Shown in pieces: positions 18,095 through 25,127 of a DNA stretch of 31,429 bases. Origin of the DNA: an uncultured Puniceicoccaceae bacterium (GTDB lineage Bacteria > Verrucomicrobiota > Verrucomicrobiia > Opitutales > Seribacteraceae); assembly GCA_964576585.1 (NCBI GenBank), contig CAZNWO010000021.1, forward strand, positions 1 through 31,429, in the 5' to 3' direction. Position numbers and translations under genes: made by a program. How positions within the stretch are numbered: the stretch's first letter is position 1; each line of letters starts with the position of its first letter. The notes beneath the pieces were generated by a model, which saw only the letters and a program-made list of their open reading frames with translations, had not been told where the DNA came from and searched no databases.

Positions 18095-19027
18095 ATGAGC
18101 AAAAAAATTCCTCGTTGCCAAGTCCTGCCTTTGCCCGACGACGTGGCTTCGTTTCAAGTGGATGGCTTGGAACGTACGCAGTGGCACTTTGACGCCAAGT
18201 ACTTTCGGCCTTTCTTCTTCCCATTCAATGGTCCCTCCTCGAGTCCTCTCACTCGCATGGGTCATCCGGGTGCGCCCAATCATGATCATCATCTTTCCGT
18301 TTGGTTTGCCCATGTAAGCGTGAACGGGTTCAACTTTTGGTCGAATACTACCAAGGCTCGTATTCGGCAAAAGAATTGGTTGAGCTATGAGGATGGTGAT
18401 GAGGAGGCCGTGATGGCTACCTCCGTCGGTTGGTATGATGACGAACGGCGAGAACTCATGTCCCAGGAACTTGTGGCCGCTCTTAGGCCAATCAAGAATG
18501 GAGAGCACTATCTGGAAGTTCAGTCGACCTTCCGTCCCAAACTCGAAAAAATTACCTTGGGAAAAACCAATTTCGGCTTTCTTGCGGTTCGAGTTGCGAA
18601 GACCCTTGCGGTTTATTGGGGAGGTGGAGAACTGTCGAATTCCGAGGGACAAAAGGGTGAAAAAATGATTTTTGGACAGTCCGCAAGATGGGTGGACTAC
18701 AGTGGCCCTGTGGCCGTGGGCACAGGGCCCGACAGGAAAGCGACGATTGAGGGCATTACCTATCACGACCATCCATCGAATCCCGGTTATCCCGTACATT
18801 GGCACGTGCGGGAGGACGGTTGGATGGGTGCCTCCTTCTGCATGCTGGAACCTTTTGAGATTCGTCGCGAAAAACCATTGATTCTTCGATATTTGCTTCA
18901 CGCCCACTCGGGCGAGGTTTCGGCGGCTAGGTCCGATCAGGTTCACGACGCTTTTGGCCAAAGCAAAGGCTTTCGAGTTTCCAAGTCCAGCAAACCGCAC
19001 AGGGAATTCGAGACCTTTCGCATCTGA
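18095..19027 (+). CDS. PmoA / DUF6807 family protein
   Basis: The blocks GHPGAPNHDHHLSVWFAHVSVNGFNFWS, SEGQKGEKMIFGQSARWVDYSG and ITYHDHPSNPGYPVHWHVREDGWMG match my recollection of the conserved cores of PmoA-family proteins (DHxHHxSxWF ... WVDYSG ... DHPxNP..P..WHVR). The 318-aa antisense ORF 18044-19000 is judged spurious. Confidence 0.65.
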   Translation: MSKKIPRCQVLPLPDDVASFQVDGLERTQWHFDAKYFRPFFFPFNGPSSSPLTRMGHPGAPNHDHHLSVWFAHVSVNGFNFWSNTTKARIRQKNWLSYEDGDEEAVMATSVGWYDDERRELMSQELVAALRPIKNGEHYLEVQSTFRPKLEKITLGKTNFGFLAVRVAKTLAVYWGGGELSNSEGQKGEKMIFGQSARWVDYSGPVAVGTGPDRKATIEGITYHDHPSNPGYPVHWHVREDGWMGASFCMLEPFEIRREKPLILRYLLHAHSGEVSAARSDQVHDAFGQSKGFRVSKSSKPHREFETFRI

Positions 19028-19135
19028 CTATCCTCAACGAAGGGAATTGCGTCGCGCTATTCTTGCTCTCTTTGCTTTGCCTGCTTTAGGGTTGAGGCGA
19101 AGCAAGACTTCATATTAATAATCTGCCTTGGTTTG

Positions 19136-19483
19136 ATGGACAGGTGGAAGTTTTTGTTTCTTCTTTATTGCGGCTTGATTCTTTATGTCTCCAGTCTTGC
19201 TCCCAAGGAGTTGCCCGACGGGCCTTCCGTGGTATCCGACAAGGTGCTCCACCTGCTCGAGTATGGCCTATGGGGAATTCTTTGTTGGGGAGCTTTTGTA
19301 AAGAGGAGGGGACTGTTCCCTTGGGGATTGGTGGTCTTGGGCGCTTGGTTCGGAATTCTTGACGAGTGTTGGCAGGATTGGCTGGGCAGAAAGCGCTCCG
19401 CGGACGTCTGGGATGCCGCCGCAGATGCGCTCGGGAGCTTTCTAGGCGTCGCGGTCGCCCAATTGTTTTGGCCCAAGCGCTGA
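19136..19483 (+). CDS. VanZ-like family small membrane protein
   Basis: 115 aa with three or four hydrophobic helices. The segments DKVLHLLEYGLWGIL and LDECWQ resemble the VanZ (PF04892) D-K-x-x-H...E/Q pattern. ATG at 19136 is preferred over TTG at 19133. Confidence 0.65.
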   Translation: MDRWKFLFLLYCGLILYVSSLAPKELPDGPSVVSDKVLHLLEYGLWGILCWGAFVKRRGLFPWGLVVLGAWFGILDECWQDWLGRKRSADVWDAAADALGSFLGVAVAQLFWPKR

Positions 19484-19494
19484 AATGCTCGAGC

Positions 19495-20940
19495 TTAGGG
19501 CAAGGAAGCCTTTTCGTCCGTGGCGTTGAATTCGACCGGCTTGGGCGTGGGCGGGGCTGGAATGGCAAAGGTCAAGACATTCGACCATTCGGAAGGGAGG
19601 TGGCTCGCGTCTCGTTCTCGCCCGATTGCGCGAATCCTGAAGTAATAGGTCTTTCCCGGTTCGCGCCCCGTGAATTCACCTTTGGTTATCTCTGCAGCCT
19701 CAATGCGCTGGTCAACTGCGGAATCCAGGCTGAAATTGCCGTCCTCCGCAATTTCCATTTCATAGCGGAGGTTCTGGTTGGCGTTCTCGGGGGCTTCCCA
19801 CGTGGCGGTAAGCATGGTTGGGTCTTCCGGAGAAGGCGCTAGGGCCTTGACTAACGGGGGAGTGAAGGAGAAGGTGGGTAGGTCGAAACGTAGTGAAACC
19901 AACTCGCTCTTCATGTCCTTCAGGTTTCCTGCCTTGGGAACTGCCCGGAGCTCGAAGCTGAAGGAGGCATAGGCTTTGGAGTCTTCCATTTCCCTAGAGG
20001 TTTCGCCCAACCTGAAGTTCCCGTAAAGGTCGTTCAATTCCTCGCCCGTGAATACGTCAAGGTGGTATGCCATCGGGCCCAGATTGTTTGTAACGGATTG
20101 CCAAGATACCTTGACTTCCTCTCCGACCATTTCCGCAGCGATGTTTTCCGGGGATGCCAACTGGTTGCCCGGAACGAAGAACTGGGTTACGAATGGTAGC
20201 GAGGCCAGACCCTTTACATTGTCCGCGACAGGAAGAATTCGAAATTGAAGCCAGTAGGTTTTGTTGCTGGGGAGCGGAAGGTTTTCGACGGAGTTTTGCT
20301 TTGTCAGCAGAGAATGGATTCGAGTTGCGAGTTCTTCTTCCTCATAAAAATCCAAGCTGTATTCAAACAGGTCCTGCGAGTCTGGCGGAGGCCATTCGAT
20401 GCTCACCGAGCCAAAATCCGGCTTGATGATAATTCCCGAAGGTTCCGAAATCGAATCGGAGTGTGTCGAAAAAACTATTACGTTGTGCTTGCTGGGAAGG
20501 AACCTCTTGTCACCTTCAGGCGCGTAGGCGGAAAGTCGCATGAAATGGGTGGCTCCCGGAGCCAAGTTAACGAAACTGGCGTTGTTTTCCCCGACAAAGT
20601 CTCTAGAGAAAAGAATCTCCTCGAAGTCTTGCTTGTACGACAACTCGAGTTTTACGATTGGGCCGGGAATATTCGCGGGAAACCAGTTGGCGGGATTTGC
20701 CCAAGTCACTACCATTGAGGTTTCGTTTAGGTCGTCAATGTCGCCCATGGGTGGGTCGAGCGGACCGCCTGTGCCATCCAGATTCACGGGCAGGAATTCA
20801 GCGGAACCTGCGTTGGCCAGATCAATCTGCTTGCCCTTTTCGTCGTTTTTTCCGGCAGAACCCGAATTTTGGGGCTCGGAGGAACAAGACCCAATCAGCA
20901 GCATGAGGATTACGCCGAATAGGAAGAGGATATCTTTCAT
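19495..20940 (-). CDS. Lipoprotein with about four fibronectin type III-like repeats (cell-surface/adhesin-like)
   Basis: Start at ATG 20940 gives MKDILFLFGVILMLLIGSCSS, a lipobox with Cys. Recurring beta-sandwich boundary motifs occur at roughly 90-110 aa spacing: VVTWANP, VSIEWPPP, VKVSWQSV, LTATWEAP. The terminal repeat has a YYFRIRAIG-type FN3 signature. Confidence 0.65.
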   Translation of the reverse strand: MKDILFLFGVILMLLIGSCSSEPQNSGSAGKNDEKGKQIDLANAGSAEFLPVNLDGTGGPLDPPMGDIDDLNETSMVVTWANPANWFPANIPGPIVKLELSYKQDFEEILFSRDFVGENNASFVNLAPGATHFMRLSAYAPEGDKRFLPSKHNVIVFSTHSDSISEPSGIIIKPDFGSVSIEWPPPDSQDLFEYSLDFYEEEELATRIHSLLTKQNSVENLPLPSNKTYWLQFRILPVADNVKGLASLPFVTQFFVPGNQLASPENIAAEMVGEEVKVSWQSVTNNLGPMAYHLDVFTGEELNDLYGNFRLGETSREMEDSKAYASFSFELRAVPKAGNLKDMKSELVSLRFDLPTFSFTPPLVKALAPSPEDPTMLTATWEAPENANQNLRYEMEIAEDGNFSLDSAVDQRIEAAEITKGEFTGREPGKTYYFRIRAIGRERDASHLPSEWSNVLTFAIPAPPTPKPVEFNATDEKASLP

Positions 20941-21057
20941 GTCTCGATTGGAAGCCTTGGAATGCTTTTTGTCCAGAAACTTCTTAACCACGGTTTAGTT
21001 TGTTTGCCGCCGTTTCAATCTTGCCTTTCTTGTGCCAATTCCTTGTTGGTGCTGCCT

Positions 21058-22020
21058 ATGAAAAATACTTCCGAAGAAAAGATGCCTTTAGAAACACAGC
21101 CGGGATTTGCTCGCCGGGGGTTGCTCAAAGGGGCAACGTTGGGGCTATTGTCGGGTGGGCTTGCCACCGTCGGTAGCGCCAATGCTGCTACTCGCAACGT
21201 AAGAAAGCCTAGAACCAAGTCTTCCGGCGCTACCAAGGGCAGGATCAATCAGTCTGTCGTCTCTTGGTGTTTTGCAGACTATTGGAATACTGAGAAAATG
21301 TGTGCAGTGGCAAAGAAACTGGGCTGCAAGAGCATCGAACTCATAGACCCCAAGCATTGGCCGACGCTCAAGAAACATGGGTTAACCTGCGCCATTTCTC
21401 CCATTCCCGTCGATGGACCACCTTTCATCAAGGGCTTTAACAACCCGAAGTATCATCAGATGGTTATCGAGGCGACTCGCAAGGCGATCGATTCCGCCGC
21501 CGATTTCGGTTGTCCCAACGTCATTTCCTTTACCGGTTACGCCGAGGACGTCTCCCTTGAGGATGGAGCGAAGAACTGTGTCGCAGGCTACAAGGAAATC
21601 ATTGGTCATGCAGAGAAGAAGGGGGTGAATCTTTGCCTCGAGATGTTGAATACTAGAGATGATTCGGATCCCAACAAGGGTCATCCCGGATATCAGGGCG
21701 ACCATGTGGACTACTGCATGGACATAATCAAGAAGGTTGGATCGCCGCGCATGAAACTTCTTTTCGACGTCTACCACGTGCAGATCATGGACGGAGACGT
21801 AATTCGTCGTGTCCGCGAGTGCGGAGAATACATAGGGCACGTGCATACTGCGGGCAATCCGGGTCGAGGAGAGCTGGACGAAAAGCAGGAGATCAACTAT
21901 CCCCCGATCATGAAGGCTCTTCTGGAGATCAAGTATAAGGGCTTCGTGGGACAGGAATTCATTCCTACTCGCGATCCGCTGAAAGGTTTGACCGAGGCGG
22001 TTCAATTGTGCGACGTCTGA
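21058..22020 (+). CDS. Tat-exported sugar phosphate isomerase/epimerase (xylose-isomerase-like TIM barrel; hydroxypyruvate-isomerase-like)
   Basis: Tat signal FARRGLLKGATLGLLSGGLATVGSANA after ATG 21058 (alternative start 21082). The metal-ligand pattern of xylose-isomerase-like TIM barrels is present (CLEMLN ... HVHTAGNPGRGELDE ... GQEF). Confidence 0.75.
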   Translation: MKNTSEEKMPLETQPGFARRGLLKGATLGLLSGGLATVGSANAATRNVRKPRTKSSGATKGRINQSVVSWCFADYWNTEKMCAVAKKLGCKSIELIDPKHWPTLKKHGLTCAISPIPVDGPPFIKGFNNPKYHQMVIEATRKAIDSAADFGCPNVISFTGYAEDVSLEDGAKNCVAGYKEIIGHAEKKGVNLCLEMLNTRDDSDPNKGHPGYQGDHVDYCMDIIKKVGSPRMKLLFDVYHVQIMDGDVIRRVRECGEYIGHVHTAGNPGRGELDEKQEINYPPIMKALLEIKYKGFVGQEFIPTRDPLKGLTEAVQLCDV

Positions 22021-22079
22021 GCTTTGAGATTGCCTGAATCTATTTCCTGAGCTAGCTTAGGTCCCGTTGGATTCGGGAT

Positions 22080-23054
22080 ATGGCGGGATTGCGTTTTATT
22101 GACCTCTTTTGCGGTGTAGGGGGGTTTCGTTGGGCCTTGAGCGAGCTTGGTCACTCCTGTGTATTTTCCTGCGACAACGATCCGCATGCTCAGGAAACCT
22201 ACGCCCTCAACTTCGGGGAAACGCCCCATGGAGACGTGAAGTCCCTCAACGCGGGCGACCTTCCTGAGCACGATGTGCTTTGCGCCGGCTTTCCCTGCCA
22301 ACCGTTCAGCATCTCAGGCAAGCTTCAAGGTTTCGAAGATGCTCGAGGCACTCTGCTCCACGATGTTCTTCGCATCGCCAATTTTCACAAGCCCAAGGTG
22401 CTGTTTCTCGAAAACGTTAAGAATTTCCTCGGACATGATCAAGGTCGCACACTTGCCGCAGCGGTCGAAATGATGGAGGACATTGGCTACCATTGTCACT
22501 TTTCCGTGCTTAACGCATCTCGTTTCGGCGTGCCACAGAAACGTGAGCGAATCTATTTTGTCTGTTTCAGACGTGACTTGCGTCTTGATGAATTCACCTT
22601 TCCCGAACCTTCGGATGAGGACGTTGCTCTGGAGGAAGTCCTCCTGCCTCGAGACCATGCCGACCTCGAGGACCTCTTCATCCATCGTGCCGACACCTTT
22701 GTTTCCTCGGATTTGCCCGAAGAGCGAGCACTCAGACCTCTGCGTGTTGGTACGGTAGGCAAGGGTGGGCAGGGGGAGCGGATCTACAGTATCAAGGGTC
22801 ATGCGGTAACCCTTTCCGCCTTCGGTGGGGGAGTGGGGGCAAAAACCGGCTTGTATCTGGTCGACGGCAAGCCTCGTCGCTTGCATCCCGAGGAATGTCG
22901 ACGCGTCATGTCGTTTCCGGATGGATTCAAGCTGCATCCCAAGCCCAACGTATGCTACAAGCAATTCGGGAATTCAGTCGCCGTGAAGGTAGTTCGCATG
23001 ATTTTCGAGCAAGTCGAGAGCCATCTCCGGGGAAAGGCTCGCTTGGCGGCTTGA
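22080..23054 (+). CDS. dcm: DNA (cytosine-5)-methyltransferase
   Basis: All C5-MTase motifs are in order. These are I LFCGVGGF (FxGxGG), IV GFPCQPFS (catalytic Cys codon 22296-22298), VI ENV, VIII QKRERIYF and X GNSVAV. A variable target-recognition region lies between VIII and X. Confidence 0.9.
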   Translation: MAGLRFIDLFCGVGGFRWALSELGHSCVFSCDNDPHAQETYALNFGETPHGDVKSLNAGDLPEHDVLCAGFPCQPFSISGKLQGFEDARGTLLHDVLRIANFHKPKVLFLENVKNFLGHDQGRTLAAAVEMMEDIGYHCHFSVLNASRFGVPQKRERIYFVCFRRDLRLDEFTFPEPSDEDVALEEVLLPRDHADLEDLFIHRADTFVSSDLPEERALRPLRVGTVGKGGQGERIYSIKGHAVTLSAFGGGVGAKTGLYLVDGKPRRLHPEECRRVMSFPDGFKLHPKPNVCYKQFGNSVAVKVVRMIFEQVESHLRGKARLAA

Positions 23055-23114
23055 TGAAGCTTGGATTTTTTCCTTTCGTTTCTCGATCGAAACCTATTCG
23101 ATAAAACAACGTGA

Positions 23115-23768
23115 ATGAGCAACATGTCTGATTTCGACTCACCTACCAAACCTCCTTGGGTGGGAGCCATCGTGCCCGTTCTTATGGTATTGGCGGCGGC
23201 GGGCCTGTATTGGGTCTTGACGAGCGGTTCCGGCGAGGATGGCAACGGCACAGGTTCTTCAGGGTCCACTCCGAAGACCGGAAAACTGGTTACGGGCAAC
23301 ACATATTATCTATTCGCCTCCGAGATCGAGCTTTTCCCAACGAACTTAGAGAACGAGAAATGGGATTTGGGAGATGACGGTCCCGACATCATTTATCGAA
23401 TCCTCTGGCAAGGAAACGAGGTATTCAAGAGCAAGGACAAGCCCGATTCCCTAATTGCCGACTGGTCGGGCCTTGGAGTGGATCTCGAGTGGACCGATCT
23501 TCTGGGGAAGAACCTTTCGCCCGACGAGGTCATTCAAGGGGCTCGCATTCGCGCCGATCCCAAGGGCAGCGTTTCCCTAGAGGTAGAGGACAACGACGTC
23601 GCCGACAATGATGAAGCCGGAACTGTAGAGATCGCCCTGAAGAATCTCAAGGTGGGCGCAAACACTTTTGAATACAAAAAGTCCCCCCAATCAGCTATTC
23701 GCCGAATAACCATCAGAGCATTGCCCGTTGACTCCAGCCTGCAGGACTTGGTCAACATCATGAGATAG
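23115..23768 (+). CDS. Hypothetical membrane-anchored protein (N-terminal TM helix, Gly/Ser-rich linker, ~150-aa acidic beta-rich domain)
   Basis: PWVGAIVPVLMVLAAAGLYWVL is a TM anchor, followed by a GSGEDGNGTGSSGS linker. The soluble domain is Asp/Glu-rich (VEDNDVADNDEAG). No known family recognised. A 26-nt gap separates it from the next gene. Confidence 0.55.
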   Translation: MSNMSDFDSPTKPPWVGAIVPVLMVLAAAGLYWVLTSGSGEDGNGTGSSGSTPKTGKLVTGNTYYLFASEIELFPTNLENEKWDLGDDGPDIIYRILWQGNEVFKSKDKPDSLIADWSGLGVDLEWTDLLGKNLSPDEVIQGARIRADPKGSVSLEVEDNDVADNDEAGTVEIALKNLKVGANTFEYKKSPQSAIRRITIRALPVDSSLQDLVNIMR

Positions 23769-23794
23769 GCTCTGCAAAATACTTCTTTTAAGTC

Positions 23795-24301
23795 GTGAAC
23801 CCGGCGAGAATGGGTATCTTGGCTTGCTCGGTCCTACTTGGGCTTGGCCTTGTCGCTCCTACGCTCACCATTGTTCCAGGTGCCGGCGAGCTAACTTGGT
23901 TGGTGGAAATTTTTTCTCCTGAGGAGCTGGTGCCAACCACTTATTCCATTGTGGGCGTCATTTCAAAGTTGTTTGACGTCGGCGATTGGTTTCTTGGGGC
24001 TACGCTGTTTCTTTTCTCGGTTGTCTTTCCCGTCGGCAAGCTAGCCCTGTATTGGATTGCCTCCGGACTTGCCCGAGAGGAAAAAGAGTCTTCGTACTTG
24101 CTCAAGTTGACGAATCGAGCCGGCAAGTTCTCAATGGCCGAGGTCTTCGCCCTCGCTCTCATGGTTGTGGTGGTCAAAAGTTTGCCTGGGGATTCGGAGG
24201 CTATGGTTCGTTGGGGTGCCTATGTCTTCGTTGCTTCCGTCATTGGAGCCATTTTCGTGTCTTTTTCGTTCGAGACCTCGGCAAAGGAGAAAGCCCATTG
24301 A
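23795..24301 (+). CDS. PqiA-like (paraquat-inducible protein A domain) integral membrane protein, single-domain version
   Basis: 168 aa with four hydrophobic helices. KFSMAEVFALALMVVVV resembles the conserved SMLDVF(V/L) segment of PqiA domains (PF04403). The assignment is tentative. Confidence 0.45.
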   Translation: MNPARMGILACSVLLGLGLVAPTLTIVPGAGELTWLVEIFSPEELVPTTYSIVGVISKLFDVGDWFLGATLFLFSVVFPVGKLALYWIASGLAREEKESSYLLKLTNRAGKFSMAEVFALALMVVVVKSLPGDSEAMVRWGAYVFVASVIGAIFVSFSFETSAKEKAH

Positions 24302-24305
24302 CTTT

Positions 24306-24338
24306 CCCTATTATAAAATTTCCACTATCTTATAATAG
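24306..24338. repeat. Perfect 10-bp inverted repeat CCTATTATAA-N13-TTATAATAGG between the PqiA-like and YqiJ-like genes
   Basis: Read directly: cctattataa (24306-24315) and ttataatagg (24329-24338) are exact reverse complements separated by 13 nt (aatttccactatc). It lies 5 nt after the PqiA-like stop, in the 169-nt gap before the YqiJ-like gene. Confidence 0.6.
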
Positions 24339-24470
24339 GCGCCAAGAACATGAGTCTGTATCTTGAGTGTGTGGAAGTTCGATCGTTTTTTGCATTTACC
24401 TTGACGAAGTGGGTCTCTTCATGGGATCAAGACAATCGATTTCTTTTCCGATGCCTTTGTTTAATTTTTC

Positions 24471-25073
24471 ATGATAGAATGGTGGAACAGTCTTGGAGGT
24501 CAAAGCCTTCATCCAGGTGCCCTGAAGGTGTTTTATGCCATAGCGATCGTATCCGGCGTGGTGCTTCTTCTTCAGATGGCTCTTACCCTGATTGGAGCAG
24601 ATGGAGATCTCGATGGCATGGACGCTGGGGAAACTGGGGATACGGGACTTTTTTCCATTCGGACCGTAGGGGCTTTTTTCACAGGTTTCGGTTGGACGGG
24701 GGTCTCCATGCTCTTGAATGGCTACGGCTTGGGAGCATCGACATTTGCCGCAACCGCAGTCGGATTGGTTTTTCTTGGCATGGTTTTTTACCTCATGCGC
24801 TACATGTTCAGTCTGAGGGAAGAGGGAACGCTGGATTACTCCAACGCCGTCGGCGAGGTAGGAAACGTCTATCTGCCCATACCTCCCAAGCGCAAGGGGA
24901 TAGGTCAAATCGAGGTTCTCGTTCAGGGCCGAATGCGAACCGTGCGTGCCGTCACCGACAACGGTTCGAAGATCGGAAACCGGATTGCAGTTCGGGTCAA
25001 ATCTCTCGTCGACCGTCAAACTCTCTTGGTCGAAACCTTGGAAAAAGAAGCCCAAGAAAATTCGCCCGAATAA
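24471..25073 (+). CDS. YqiJ/NfeD-like inner membrane protein with C-terminal OB-fold
   Basis: N-terminal helices, an acidic loop GADGDLDGMDAGETGD and a C-terminal beta-rich segment GQIEVLVQGRMRTVRAVTDNGSKIGNRIAVRV, typical of NfeD/YqiJ OB domains. It sits immediately upstream of a flotillin gene, as yqiJ-yqiK does in E. coli. Confidence 0.65.
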   Translation: MIEWWNSLGGQSLHPGALKVFYAIAIVSGVVLLLQMALTLIGADGDLDGMDAGETGDTGLFSIRTVGAFFTGFGWTGVSMLLNGYGLGASTFAATAVGLVFLGMVFYLMRYMFSLREEGTLDYSNAVGEVGNVYLPIPPKRKGIGQIEVLVQGRMRTVRAVTDNGSKIGNRIAVRVKSLVDRQTLLVETLEKEAQENSPE

Positions 25074-25127
25074 AAATTTCACAACCCGTCTTATCTTAAG
25101 AAACTCTAACTCGAAAAGGTACACCTC

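Noticed and set aside
18044-19000. 318-aa ORF on the minus strand
   Set aside because: Antisense to the PmoA-family gene, whose conserved blocks are clear. The minus translation is Arg/Gly-rich with no features.
22314-22964. 216-aa minus-strand ORF
   Set aside because: Antisense to the C5-methyltransferase, which has all the ordered motifs.
24350-25124. 249-aa plus-strand and 242-aa minus-strand ORFs overlapping the YqiJ-like gene
   Set aside because: They are in alternative frames or antisense to the NfeD/YqiJ-like ORF, which has the expected TM plus OB-fold layout and operon context. The alternatives are Arg/Trp-rich with no structure.
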